DNA of 62,987 nt, the filler included, from Folioceros fuciformis (Eukaryota): assembly GCA_049999805.1 (NCBI GenBank). It is 6 parts of 6 records of this genome, joined end to end, with 100 filler letters (N's around TTAATTAATTAA, not from the genome) between each part and the next. Parts side by side here need not be neighbours in the genome. Positions count along the whole stretch, not along the records: positions 25,336 to 48,683 come from JBNGIO010006108.1; 5 more parts are not named here. One strand, written 5' to 3'. Below the pieces are notes generated by a model that saw nothing but the letters and a program-made list of their open reading frames with translations, had not been told where the DNA came from and made no database searches. Positions 34,866 to 46,860 of the stretch are shown here, piece by piece (the first letter of the stretch is position 1; each line of letters opens with the position of its first letter). A program made the translations under genes and the position numbers.

Positions 34866-36683
34866 TTAGCTGACACCGACCTGCTTGAGAGAAGAGAGTG
34901 TGATGTGGTTGGGAGCAATTCCCTGCGCTTTCATGGACTGGAAAAGCTTGCAAGCCTCCTGTGCCTGGCCAGCCCTTACTAGCCCGTAGATGAGGGAGTT
35001 GTAGGTGACGACATTGGGTGTGATCCCTTTTGCTTGCATGTTGCTGAAAATGTGAGCAGCTTCTTGTGTCCTGCCGGCCTTTCCCAACCAATGGATCAGA
35101 GTATTGCAAGTGACTACATCCAGAACCTCGGATCTTGAGCTGAGCTCCTCGAAGAAGCTGTGAGCTTCATCCAGTTTTCCAGACTTCACGAGCCCGTGAA
35201 TGAGGATGTTGTATGTGATCGCCGAGGGAGTGACGCCCGCATTCTTCATGTCTTCCACCACCATGAGAGCCTTCTTACTATCGCCGGCTTTGGTGAGGCT
35301 GGACAAGAGAGTATTGTACATGATGACGTTGGGGAGATAACCCAGCGCCTTCAGTTCCTGCAACACCTCCATTGCAGAATCCACGTGCCTGGCCTTTGCC
35401 AGCCCGGATATGAGCAGGCCAAACGTGACCATGTCAGGAATCCAGCCCTGCGCATTCAGATTCCTGTACAAGTTGTAAGCCTCCACCGCTCTCCCTTCCT
35501 TGACCATGCCATCCATCACTGTGGTGTAGGTGATCACATCCGCAGCTGCCCCACCTTCATGCATCTCTTCGAACAGGCGAAGACCTTCACCTACTTTGCC
35601 AGCCTTGGCAAGGGCATTCAAGTAGCAATTGTACATGTGCATCTGCGGGACGACTCCCTGTCCCTTCATCACGTCCAGAACTCGGCAAGCCTCGTCCACT
35701 GCACCAGCTTTCACTAGCCCAGTCACCAACAGGGAGTAAGTAACGGCATCAGCTCCCCACCCTTCGTCCATCATCTCTTCAAACAGCTTCCATGCCCTTT
35801 CAACGTGGCCAGCCTTCAGCAACGAGCGCAGCACCTTCCTGCAACTCACGGCATGTGGAACCAGACCACAGTGTTTCAATCCCGCAAGCACATGGACAGC
35901 CTTATCCAGATGCCCAGTCTGCGTGAACTCGTCAATCAAGATGAGAGAATCGCACAAGTCAGGGTGGACACCATCACTGCACATCTGCTCGTATATCGTA
36001 CATAGCCTTCCACCATCTCCACCCTCTCGACCCCTAACCGAGAGAGCAACAAGACAGCAGTAACAGACACTGCTGGGCTGGGGACCCAGCTCCCTCATCC
36101 GCTGAAATCCCTTAAATGCAGCCTCCACATGCTCAGAACCCACACAATCTCTCATGAGCTTGCAGAAAATCTTGGTATCCACCTGCAGACGCTCCCTGCC
36201 CATCTCCTCCAGCAAGTGCCAAACTGCAAGGAAGTCGAAAGCTCGTCCAAGGATCCGCATCACCACATAATACGTCCACTTGTGGTGCCTGTAACCCTGC
36301 TGCGATTCTGCCCACCTGAAGAAATTCAGCGCCACACTGGCATCCTTTTGCCCCTTCAAAATGATCCCCACATGTCGAGCAGAGAATCGCACACGAAGCT
36401 GGTTTAGAGACTCCACAGTCGCCGGTCCCCATGGTTCCCTCAAAATGTCGCAGGCCCGGCCAAGATGAGCCAGCCTCACCTTCCTCCGATTCTCCCCGCC
36501 TGAATCCGCCTGCTCTGCAACAAAAGCCGAGCACCTGACTTTCAAGGCGAACACGGTGCAGACCCCAAGATGCAGCAGCCCAGCGGCCCTCACCGAGTTG
36601 CAGGCTGCGCCCTGTCGCAGCGGGAAGAATCGCGGGAGCAGGCCGGAGGGCAGAAGAAACTTGTCGGGTCCATGGCCGCGCAT
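34866..36683 (-). CDS. P-class pentatricopeptide repeat protein (605 aa, intronless)
   Basis: ALNFFRWAESQQGYRH lead-in, then about 12 repeats of 35 aa (DAVTYSLLVTGLVKAG, DVITYTTVMDGMVKEG, NVIMYNTLLSSLTKAG, NVVTYNSLIYGLVRAG). Confidence 0.93.
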   Translation of the reverse strand: MRGHGPDKFLLPSGLLPRFFPLRQGAACNSVRAAGLLHLGVCTVFALKVRCSAFVAEQADSGGENRRKVRLAHLGRACDILREPWGPATVESLNQLRVRFSARHVGIILKGQKDASVALNFFRWAESQQGYRHHKWTYYVVMRILGRAFDFLAVWHLLEEMGRERLQVDTKIFCKLMRDCVGSEHVEAAFKGFQRMRELGPQPSSVCYCCLVALSVRGREGGDGGRLCTIYEQMCSDGVHPDLCDSLILIDEFTQTGHLDKAVHVLAGLKHCGLVPHAVSCRKVLRSLLKAGHVERAWKLFEEMMDEGWGADAVTYSLLVTGLVKAGAVDEACRVLDVMKGQGVVPQMHMYNCYLNALAKAGKVGEGLRLFEEMHEGGAAADVITYTTVMDGMVKEGRAVEAYNLYRNLNAQGWIPDMVTFGLLISGLAKARHVDSAMEVLQELKALGYLPNVIMYNTLLSSLTKAGDSKKALMVVEDMKNAGVTPSAITYNILIHGLVKSGKLDEAHSFFEELSSRSEVLDVVTCNTLIHWLGKAGRTQEAAHIFSNMQAKGITPNVVTYNSLIYGLVRAGQAQEACKLFQSMKAQGIAPNHITLSSLKQVGVS

Positions 36684-36747
36684 GGCGCCAAGTGCCCAAT
36701 TAATGACCGACCGTCACACCCAGTATCAGGCCGGAGAGCTGCAGTCC

Positions 36748-37559
36748 ATGGCGTCCATGAGCCTTTGCCTAAAGCTGAAGCCGCAACTCGTCAGCACTCC
36801 GTCTTGCACCGCCTGGCCGTGCGGCAGTCCGGCAAATCTGTGCTGGCTCCGGGCAAGAAGTGAAGTTCCATCGTTCTGGATCAGAAATCCTTCCAGTTCA
36901 GCCAGGCGCGCAGCGGTGGTGGTGGCATCCAGCATGCTGAAGGTGGAGAGGGAGAAGGTGGAGGCTGGGCAGGAGTCCGTGTGGGATTATCCCCGCCCTC
37001 CTCGCCTGGAGCCTGTCAAGGACATCATCAGCGTCAAGTTCAATGACGCATGGATCGCTCACAGCGAGAAGGCATATCGGGTGCTGGAGACTAGTCATCC
37101 TCCTGGTCTGTGCCAGCTCTTGCCTTCCCTTTCCTTTCCATCTTCTCTTCAGGTTCTTGGACTCTGAAGTTTTGATTGATCATCAAGTCCGGATTGATCG
37201 TGGAGTCCTGTTCTGTTGTTCCTCGTTCACCAACAGTGTACTACATTCCCAAGGAAGATATTAACATGGAGTACGTAAGCCAAGCGGCTGGAAGCTCTTT
37301 CTGCGAGTGGAAGGGGAGTGCTACATACTGGACGGTCTCGGTGAACGGCAAGACATTGGAGAAGGTTGGCTGGAGCTATGAGCAGCCGACTTCCGGCTTT
37401 CTGCCCATCCAAGGGTACCTGGCTTTCTATGCCACTCAGATGGACTGCTATGTGGGAGCGGAGAAGGCAGAACCGCAACCAGGAGGATTCTATGGAGGCT
37501 GGGTGACCTCCAACATCAAGGGTCCGTTCAAAGGAGGTCCAGGTTCTTGGGGCTGGTAG
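36748..37559 (+). CDS. DUF427 (NTP_transf_9) protein with a probable plastid transit peptide. Exons 36748-37105 and 37237-37559
   Basis: ESVWDYPRPPRLEP...RVLETSHPP/VYYIP...SFCEWKGSATY...GWSYEQP...PQPGGFYGGWVTSNIKGPFKGGPGSWGW, preceded by a Ser/Ala/Arg-rich N-terminal extension. Confidence 0.9.
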
Positions 37560-37841
37560 TGGCAACACGCACAAATGCCCGTACCAGCAGCACTTCTGTG
37601 TTTCTGCAGATTGAAGCAAGTGTACAAGACAAGATGAAAGGAACCCCTCTGTAAATGTGTTCGTGCAAAAATGTTGCACAAAGAGATACAAGAACAAACA
37701 GTAGGGGTCCAATTTCACGGCGTGGTAGCAACAACTTGCGGCTGCAGCAAGACAATGCCATCCACTACCGAGAGCTTTCTTAGATTTCCGTTGGTCGATC
37801 ATTGGGGGCGAGGCAAGCAAAACTAGCCACCTCACTGCCCG

Positions 37842-40800
37842 CTAGCGCTTCAGCGACTTCAAGACGTCTCCGACCAGGTGAAGCGAGCCAGTTACAACCA
37901 CCTGCAGGAAAAGCCGGTCACGGAATGTCTGATGACGAGATCGAGATCGAAGTCAAAACGTCAAACTTCTGAGGAATGTACGTTTGTAACCTGCAACTGC
38001 AACGATGGATTCCGCCTCGCGCATTGTCGCAACCAGTCAAGAGTCGCAGGAAGAGAAGGCATGACTGCACATGTCACGCCATCGACAGGCTTCTTGCCAC
38101 TACTCTGTTCTGAGTCAAGCTTCAGAACAGTTTCTGCAGAAGGGAAAGCCGATGCAGTGTCGTTGTCGAAGATCTGCGGAGTCGAGGAGTTTGGACCTGC
38201 GGAGGACCACGTGGTTTCACAGGGTGGATGGGAAACCAACATCAGGAATGAGGGCTAGACTCCTATTGCAGTTCCTGCAGGGAAGCATACTGACCAGCTG
38301 CTGATATCCTATCCCCGAGCAATTGACACCAGGTCCTTTGTACAGTACGCTGCCAGGCCAGGTCTGGTGGCTTGAGAGCGTCTACGGCAAAAGCAGGAGA
38401 CGGTCTTGATTGAACCACCGTGTAGGATGAGGTTCCAGGAACAAAAAGGGCTGTGTGGAATTGCACGCCTACGCAATACACAAATTGTTAATCACAACAT
38501 CCACTGAGGAGAGATGCGATGCTCAGCAGGGACAGCATGCAAGTACCACAGACCTTGTTCCTGGCAAACATCTATCAATGGTGGTAGGAGAAGATTGGGA
38601 TCTCTCTCTGGCATGCAGTTGAACAATAAAACCTAAGAAAAATACCATCATAAAACAGCTTATCTGTGTTAAGATTTGGTGAAGTCCAAAGAAGCACAGG
38701 CTAGCGACAACACAGAGAAACCTACCCTTCGTAGCAGAGAAATGTGAGAACCTCCGTTGCCATAATCATCTCCATTGCTCCCACCAGATCCTGGTCTGGC
38801 GTCCTCCTTCAGCGCTTTGCAGAACCACTTCGCACAAACCTCCATGCTTTCCGGGGTGTGCGCTCCATCCAGAAAGAAAGAAAGGTTGGAAATACAGCTT
38901 TGCTTCAAATTTTCATGATCTACTAATGGCTCTCTCACAACTTGAGCTCGCCCAGGAAATTGGGTGAGCGAGAGTCCTGTCTTGAATGAGTCTGGAAGGA
39001 TGCCTCGGCTGAAAGTCTGCGATACAGGGAAATCAAAACAGAGTCAGACTTCACCAGAACGTTTAATCCTAAACTCAAAGATATTTGCTGCCCAGTTCGT
39101 GCAGAGATTGCAGCCTACATTTTCAACCGCAACTACCTGGTCTTCAGACCCCCTTTTCTTGACCCACAATTTGCAGAGAGCCACAGCCAGTGCTGCATTG
39201 ATCCGCTGATGATCCCCATCCAACCCTAGCTGCAAATTCTCGACGTTGTAGCTCTCCAAAGGGGGGGCTTCTTCGAGGACAATCTGCAGCAAGAAGGCCC
39301 ACGCAATGTAAGCTCACATACGTGAATCCCTTCGACAACCATATTTGATGCGACCAACAATTTAGGCTCCTGATACAGACAGGAAAGTCCAGATGGACTT
39401 ACTGATAGCTCAGAGGCCCGATTTTTTAAAACTTCCATTGCATCTTCACGCTGAGGAGAAGTTATGGCCGGAACTCCAGCCTGCATAATCGTGGCCATTA
39501 GCCCTTGTAACAAAGGAGTGTGAAGCACGCACTGGCACTGGCACTACTCCTTATCATTCATGAGCCTACCTTAAAAATGCCTGCCTTCTCCCCAGCAATT
39601 TCTGGAAGAGTGTGACCTGTACAAGTGTGGCGCTAGTGAGCATATGCAACAGGCAAGACTGTTAAAAGACAGAAAGTTCAAGAATTATCGAGGAGAAGAC
39701 CGTAGCGCCAAGGGCCTCAGGTTTACGGACCAAGGATCTCCATGTGATCAAAACCGAGAGATGCTACTCCACAGACCTCTGGCGTAACCTAAACTTCCAG
39801 GTGAGGCGTCACAAGAAATCCATGGGACCAAAATTCAACGTCGAAACAAACCAGGGCAGTAGAGCAACCCACCACATTTGTGGCATCATATTTTCCTCCC
39901 AAGCCAACTTCCAATATTGCAACATCCACCTACAATACACCAATTGCTCAGCTTGCTGAAGTGGAAACAACTTAATTCATTACAATAGTCATTGTCACAC
40001 CTTCTCGGCAGTGAAAAGTCTGAACGCCAAGAGAGTGAGGAACCGAAAGTAAGCCGGCATTGGCAGGTCATCCGTACAGCCAGCCTGAAAGAACAGGAAG
40101 ACTGTCAATCCAACAGAAGTGCTAATCCAGTTATGAAACAACGGAGAGCGAGCCTCACAATTGCCATGGTCTCAGAGATGAAGGGCTCCAACCTTCAACC
40201 GATCCCAGCACCACCAGAAATGCGTGCAAAAAAGATGTTCAGAGACGAGTTCCCTGCAACAATCCACACGCACGAACGAGAAATTGAAGCAAGAAACCAA
40301 CCATTGCCATATCCCACACCAGCTGGACGCAGCTACACTGCAAGGATGAAGAGCAGTGCATTCATCCCCTCACCCATCAAATCGAAACCTCTCCCGTACG
40401 TCAACAAGATGTGGTGATGTAAACAGCCCAGTCCGGTAACCTGATGCCCGCAGTATACCCTCCGAAAATGCACAGGTGGATCCCTGTGCACAACCAAACC
40501 GCATCCAAAATCAATGCTGAGAACCCCGGCCCAGCTCGTTGCTCTCCTAGACCCATCATCTTCTCACCTTCCCTTTCGTGCCAGCTACATGGATGATGCT
40601 CAACCGAGACAACGGCTCGTCCAGTTCCAGGATCTATAATCCACATCCCAACCGTGTAAAAACCCGGCATTTGGCCCAGGCAACCCGCAACTAACATCGA
40701 ATGCCAGCCGGTCTTCCCACCTTAAGGTAATCGAACAGAGACGAGAACGAATCGCCCTTATTGGATCGGTCAGCCCGCTTGCGCTTAGTGATTAGACTGG

Positions 40801-40858
40801 CAAGCGCATCAAGCGCCGGAACGAAGCCCCGCTCCTCTACCACTTCGACCTTCACCAT
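37842..40858 (-). CDS. FPGS: Folylpolyglutamate synthase (multi-exon)
   Basis: [10 protein letters not shown]...; [73 protein letters not shown]-terminal [19 protein letters not shown]. Further upstream targeting exons are possible. Confidence 0.92.
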
Positions 40859-41465
40859 CGCCCACAGCAAATATGAAGGGTGCTGGAATAGGAGCAGCTG
40901 CTTGGACCCCCGTCAGCTTTCAAACGCCTCCATTATCCGTCCCCACAGCACACTAGTGCATACGCTCACACGAGTTTCCAGCGTTTCCACAATGTAGAAA
41001 CCAACCACGGCTCCAGAAGGCAGCTCTGCATCTGCGGATCCTGTCCCTGGGTAGACAGTCTCCAAGTTACAAGTCTGACTTGGAGACTGTAAAACTGCAG
41101 GGGAAGGAAGAACAACGGTTTGTCAAGTGAAGGGACCAGAATCAGCGTCGGCAGAAATTCACCGCTCGCTTTGGCTCATAAACCCTAAACCCTTCCATGG
41201 CGTTATCCAGAATCAAGTCAATGGTCCATTTTGTGTCTCCACTTGCGGATAATGAACGGATGAGGGCCATTTCGTGTGTTTAGCAATACATACGGATGGA
41301 TAAAGGCCACCAGCCATGCGTTTTACGCCTCTGCCGCATGTGTACATACATCGTATTCCGGGCCATTTTCCATGGTGCGCCAGCTTTTCCGCTGCCCAGT
41401 AGGGAAATTTTATATAAATAATATTTCAGGTAATTTAATTTTGGTTGGAAATGAAACGGTTATAT

Positions 41466-44400
41466 GGCCTAAATATCGGTTCGCCAAGGTACGGCCTGGC
41501 GAACCGACATGCAATGCCAGGAGCATGGCTTCCTCTCCCCTACTCCTCTCTCTCATCCGTGGCGAACCGACATGCAATGCCAGGAGCATGGCTTCCTCTC
41601 CCCTACTCCTCTCTCTCTTATCCGTGCCAACCCGCGACCGAGCTACTGGGAGCGACTGGAAACTAATTCAAGTTCCCGTCGCCCTGATTGTCGCGGCAAT
41701 TCGGGCGGTGATACTGCTCACCCTTCGTTCGTTTCAGTTGAGAACAAGAGCGGAGAGAGCGATCTGCTCAAAGCACGGCACACGGTACGAATTGAAAGAC
41801 CGAAGGCTGAGGAGGATGCATGTATATTGATCGTGCTCCAGCGATGGATGAGGTTGCAGTGCATTCGGAGGCCTGGTGAAGGGAATTTTTCTTTCAAGGA
41901 CTTGGAATGGCAGCAATCCTCATACAAGCATCCATCTCGTCTTGGCCAAGACAAACAACGACAGCTAGCTTACATCCAAGGGTTCAGGATTTCATAGGGG
42001 GCATGAACTCATTGCCACCTGCTCCTACAAATTATTACAAGGCATCTCGTAGAGGGCCGGCTAGCAATACTTCAACAGTAAGTTTTCTGAAGCTAGATGC
42101 AACCATTGTCACAACACGGTATGTATGGACCCTAAGGATTCAAACCGATTACTTTTTGTTTGTTGGTATCATTGACAGATTTCATCTTCAGTGTTTTGCT
42201 TGTAGTTATTGTTGTGGATATGGGCCACACGACTTGCGGAATGTTCCCATGCTTCCACCACCTGTACCTATTACTGTGGAGGTTGAGAAGAAGCATAGAT
42301 GGTCTTGGATTGCTAACAGTGAAAGCATCGAACACGGTTGTCAAGCTTCGTTTGCCATTGCAGAGTTACGAAGATGGCCAGTAATTGCTCAAGTAACATT
42401 ATACAAAACTATGCATGTGGATGTTTCTGGAAGAGAGTGTCATGGCCCAGAGTACGTAGGCATGCCAAGAGATGTCAGGGCTCCTCACTTGAGTGCTGAC
42501 AAGAAGGCATGGGTGAAACATGGTTTATTGTGTAATGTTTCTATGTCAGAGTTTCTTAGACGACACCAGGAGTAGGTGCGGGTGAAATGTTGTGGGCTTT
42601 CAACAAGCTTGGAGCATGAGTCACAGTATGTCCAGAGTTTCTTAGACGACACCAGGAGTAAGTGCGGGCGAAATGTTGTGAGCTTTCAACAAGCTTGGAG
42701 CATGAGTCATAGTATGTCCAGGTTAGAGATGATTTCTTGACACGTGCAAACATTGACAATCTTGCCATTGACTTGCACGGTACTATGTGGAAACATCATC
42801 AGAATGACAATATTAGTGTGGGTATATAGTCGCGGCTCAACACTGCATTTGTGTTTCACAAGTCCACTACTGATCAGTCGTTTTGTTTGGGGATTCAGAC
42901 CCCGTTCATGCTTTAGACCTATTTGGCACATAGTAGGAATAATGTGCTCGGGATTGACTCTACGTTTGGTGTAAACTAGTACAAGTACCAACTCTTCACA
43001 ATTATGGCTTTCGACCTTCACATGAATGGTATTCCGATAGCGTGGGTTTTGGTAAAGGATGGTACAAGTGACACCATAGCCAAGTGGTTGACATCTTTTC
43101 ATGAGGTCTTGTTAAATAAGGCTTCTATTCTACTTTGCCTCTAGCATGTGCATCGTGCTTGGCTCCGTAATCTATTTAAGAAAGTCCAAAACATGGTAGA
43201 CAAGGAAGCCATATGGTAGGAATTAAGTGAACTGATGTACGTCAAGGGCTCCAGCACATCAATTCGAGATACAATTCGAGAGGGTGAGCAGTTGTTAGTT
43301 TCCTTCTATGCCAAGTGGGAGAAACGGCAACCCGCGTTCGTGGGCTATTTCAAAACAACATGGGGTGCACAACTAGGTTAGTCCATATCTCCAACCTCGT
43401 ATTCTCCCTTTTCAAGCTTGTGCACATACACATCTTCACAAGGCCTGTTTTGATTGCAAGCATGTTTATAAAAAATGCCTGCATACTTCTGCATGCAAGG
43501 CAAGACTATCCCTTTGCTATAGAGCCATGGCATCGGGTTTTTAAGCAGAAACTTAGTCTTACGAGGGCATCTCTTGCCGGTAGACGAGTAGACTGGCTGT
43601 TACATCAATTGTGCTTCGTAATTGCGTCCCATTATTGGTATGTGAACCATTGCAAAGAAGGAGGATATGTGGTTAACATAGTCGAGGAGAAACCGGTGCA
43701 CACTGCAATAGATGCGGCAACTTTGATTGAGGATGATAATGTTACTTTGCCTTCCGCACCTTGTACCCACAACTTTATGCAGGAGTTCAACAGATGCCCA
43801 TGTAACATATACAATTGAGAATGCAAATTCCATGTGGGCTACATGTGAGTGTGGTCAAGGGAAGAAAGGCTTTATTTGTAAACACATCGTGAAAGTGCAG
43901 GATATGCTTGGAGTGCTCTTATACACACTCCGGATGAAACGTCAATATATAGCAACGAATGGTCTGGTAATTCATGATCTTGTAACAACTCTTGCTTTAT
44001 GTGATAATAAAGAACAATTGATGGAAAGCGTTTCGTGCAACTTGCAACCTGCTGTGGAGGGTGTTTTATGTAACGAAAGCGGAACAAAAGATCAGATTTG
44101 CTTCCTAGAACAAGATTGCAATGCTATTGTGAATTTGATGCACAAGAATAAGGAAGTCGTGGGGGATGCAACACTTTTGGTGAAACGTACACTCATGGAT
44201 GTCCTGCGTTTGATTGCATATGAGCAGGAAATGCCTCCAGCACGGCAACCTCTTCAAGCATTCACCACCAACGAGGGAGACAACAACATCATCAGGACTA
44301 AGCCATTCTTCTCACCACCAAAGAAAAAGAAGAAGAGAGTGACTTGGAAGTTATCAGCAGACAAAGAAAACTAGCATAGGTGTAGGTGCCAGTAATGTCT

Positions 44401-44742
44401 CCCTTCATATGTTTTAACCAATGCTGCAATTAATTAAAAACTCAGTCTTGGTGATTGTCCTCTCCGCTCGTCTTGGTGATCCTCCTCTACGCTTGCCTCA
44501 GTGCGTCCTAGTTGCGCATGCCTAAACGTTGTGCGTGCCGACAAGTTCGACTTTGTATCGTGCCAGAGTATCGCTGTGGTATTCAGGACGACGGGAACTC
44601 AAATTAGTTCCCCTCGTCCCCTGGTGGCCCGGTCGCGGATTGGCACGGATACGAGAGAGAGGGGCAGGGGAGAGGAAGGCCATGCTCATGGCATGGCATG
44701 TCGGTTCGTTAGGTCATACCCTGGCAAACCGATATTTAGGCC
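41466..44742 (+). mobile_element. Mutator-like (MULE) DNA transposon with about 160-bp terminal inverted repeats and a decayed SWIM-type transposase
   Basis: The left TIR 41466-41688 (GGCCTAAATATCGGTTCGCC..., with an internal 63-bp duplication) is the imperfect reverse complement of 44582-44742 (...CCGATATTTAGGCC). Internal ORF remnants: CGYGPHD, GCQASF, HVDVSGRECHGP, IDSTFG, GIPIAW, SWIM CECGQGKKGFICKH. Confidence 0.85.
41907..44374 (+). pseudogene. MULE transposase/SWIM zinc-finger pseudogene (related to the plant AT1G60560/AT4G13970-type family)
   Basis: Fragmented ORFs 41907-42575, 42744-42974 (frameshifted DDE region), 43315-43818 and 43727-44374. An 86-bp tandem duplication spans 42548-42719. 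Confidence 0.75.
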
Positions 44743-45104
44743 TAGCCGTTTTCGCACACCTGCTGGGGTAATTTACTATGTGGTTTTGTGCATTCTTTGG
44801 GCAGGTTGTGGACGCCTTTGTATCATAGAGGTAGGCTGTTGTGGACACCCACATCGATACTAAGCATTTATTGTTTATAATGTTTAACTTTTTATCTTTT
44901 TTTCATATTTTATCAAAATTCTTGAAGTAACTCTTTTCACTTTTTATTGGTATTTTTGAAGTAAATTTTACCTTTTCACTTTTTATTGGAACCACTATGT
45001 AGTGGATACATACAATACCTACATTCAAACATCATATGATCCTTGGGGGACATCCATGAACAATATTAAATAGTGTCACCATCACAAGAAACCTCATATT
45101 TCCA

Positions 45105-45621
45105 ATGCATCCCTTATCACAACTTGATATTGCACAACCGCATCCCTTATCACCACTTGATATTGCACNNNNNNNNNNACTTGATATTGCACAACCGCAT
45201 CCCTTATCACCACTTGATATTGCACAACCGCATCCCTTATCACCACTTGATATTGCACAACCGCATCCCTTATCACCACTTGCTATTGCACAACAGCATC
45301 CCTTCACCGTTTGATATTGCACAACCGCATCCCTTATCACCACTTGCTATTGCACAACAGCATCCCTTCACCACTTGATATTGCACAACCGCATTCCTTA
45401 TCACCACTTGATATTGCACAACCGCATCCCTTATCACCACTTGATATTGCACAACCGCATCCCTTATCACTTCTTGATATTGCACAACCGCATCCTTTAT
45501 CACCACTTGATATTGCACAATCGCATCCCTTATCACCACTTGATATTGCACAACCGCATCCCTTATCACCACTTGATATTGCACAACCGCATCCCTTATC
45601 ACCACTTGATATTGCACAACC
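45105..45621. repeat. 33-bp minisatellite (CACTTGATATTGCACAACCGCATCCCTTATCAC), about 15 copies with two 30-bp variants
   Basis: Head-to-tail units with no unique spacers, and a small N gap inside. Confidence 0.95.
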
Positions 45622-46199
45622 ACATCAATGTTAGGAATAGTGAACGTCTACAAGTTAGCCTTCATATCGATGTTTGCCAATACACATTGCTCTTCTCTTG
45701 ACCTTTTCATGTATGCACTTCCAAGATGAAAGCTTGAAAATCTTCATGTAAACATTTTAGGCCTTATATATCCTTCACTTGCTACATACATCAATAGAGC
45801 CCATATTGTTAGTATATTCTCCAAGTGATGTGCAATGCCAACTTTTTGTCGCCTACAAGCTTATCGTTGCCTCAAATGCCATCTAGAACCTCGTCACAAC
45901 TTTATTTGTCCACTACATAAGATAGTGTTACTGCACCTCCTCAAACAAATCACAGACCATATGCTTAGCTATGATGACTTGGATAACATGAAGCTTTTAT
46001 TAAGGGCTATCTTCTAAGGTCGATGAAACGAGTTAAGATTTTCTCTTTTCGCTAAAATAAGCATATTTGCTACCCTAACTCTCCATGCGGAACACCTTAG
46101 AAACTACTTGAATAGGGCTTGCTCTATATGTTTGGGGGCTTTCCATACTTGGTAGAGAGCCTTTACATTGCTTGACAGGTTAAGCATACATGTAGCTCA

Positions 46200-46860
46200 A
46201 TGTCTTGTGGGAAAGTGGTGCATTGCTAATCATAGTGTGGTGTAGGATATTCTTTTTTCCTAGGCTAAGGATGATGGCTTTATATCCTATAAGGAGTGCT
46301 CTTACACCTTGCTCAACATAGTTTCTCTTCAGGTTGACATCTTCTTCATTAGGGAGATGAGGTTTTAGTTGTTGATGTGGTGGTAACAAACCCAGATACG
46401 AGACTATTTTGCAAGCATGTCCTCCTCAACCCTCCAAGTTGTATGGCCAAGGGGAGGCCCTACACAAGGCTACTTGTGCAAGCATGTTCTTATCAACCCT
46501 TCAAGTTGGGTGGTAGAGGGGTGTGCATCAATATTGGCCAAGATCTAGAATACACACCCATGCAAGCCAGCCATACCTTCATTCCCCTTGCTATTGAGAC
46601 TTATGTAGTATGAAGCAAGGTTTCTCCAAGTTTTGTAAGACTTGTGCTAAGGCTCACAACATGAGGAAGAATGGAGTTTGTCTCCCTTTAATTCAAATTG
46701 TGACCTTCTTTGATGGTGAGTGTGCATTGCTGTTTGCATGGTGTTGGCAAAATGATTCATTCATAAAGTGTAGGAGAGGTAGCATCACTCTGGTGGTAGG
46801 TAAACCCTTTCGACTCCCAAATCATGATATATTAGATGCAATTGGTAGCTTCATATATGG
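46200..46860 (+). mobile_element. Decayed 3' fragment (RLE endonuclease) of the same CRE-like non-LTR family
   Basis: VVTNPDTRLFCKHVLLNPP, EYTPMQASHTFIPLAIETY, GFSKFCKTCAK...RKNGV and VVGKPFRLPNHDILDAIGSF align with the 7896-8588 ORF. Confidence 0.8.

Noticed and set aside
41180-41193. AAACCCTAAACCCT as a telomere remnant
   Set aside because: Two units upstream of FPGS fit an ordinary telo-box.
45105-45621. CRISPR-like array (33-bp repeats)
   Set aside because: Units are contiguous with no unique spacers, there are no cas genes, and the context is eukaryotic.
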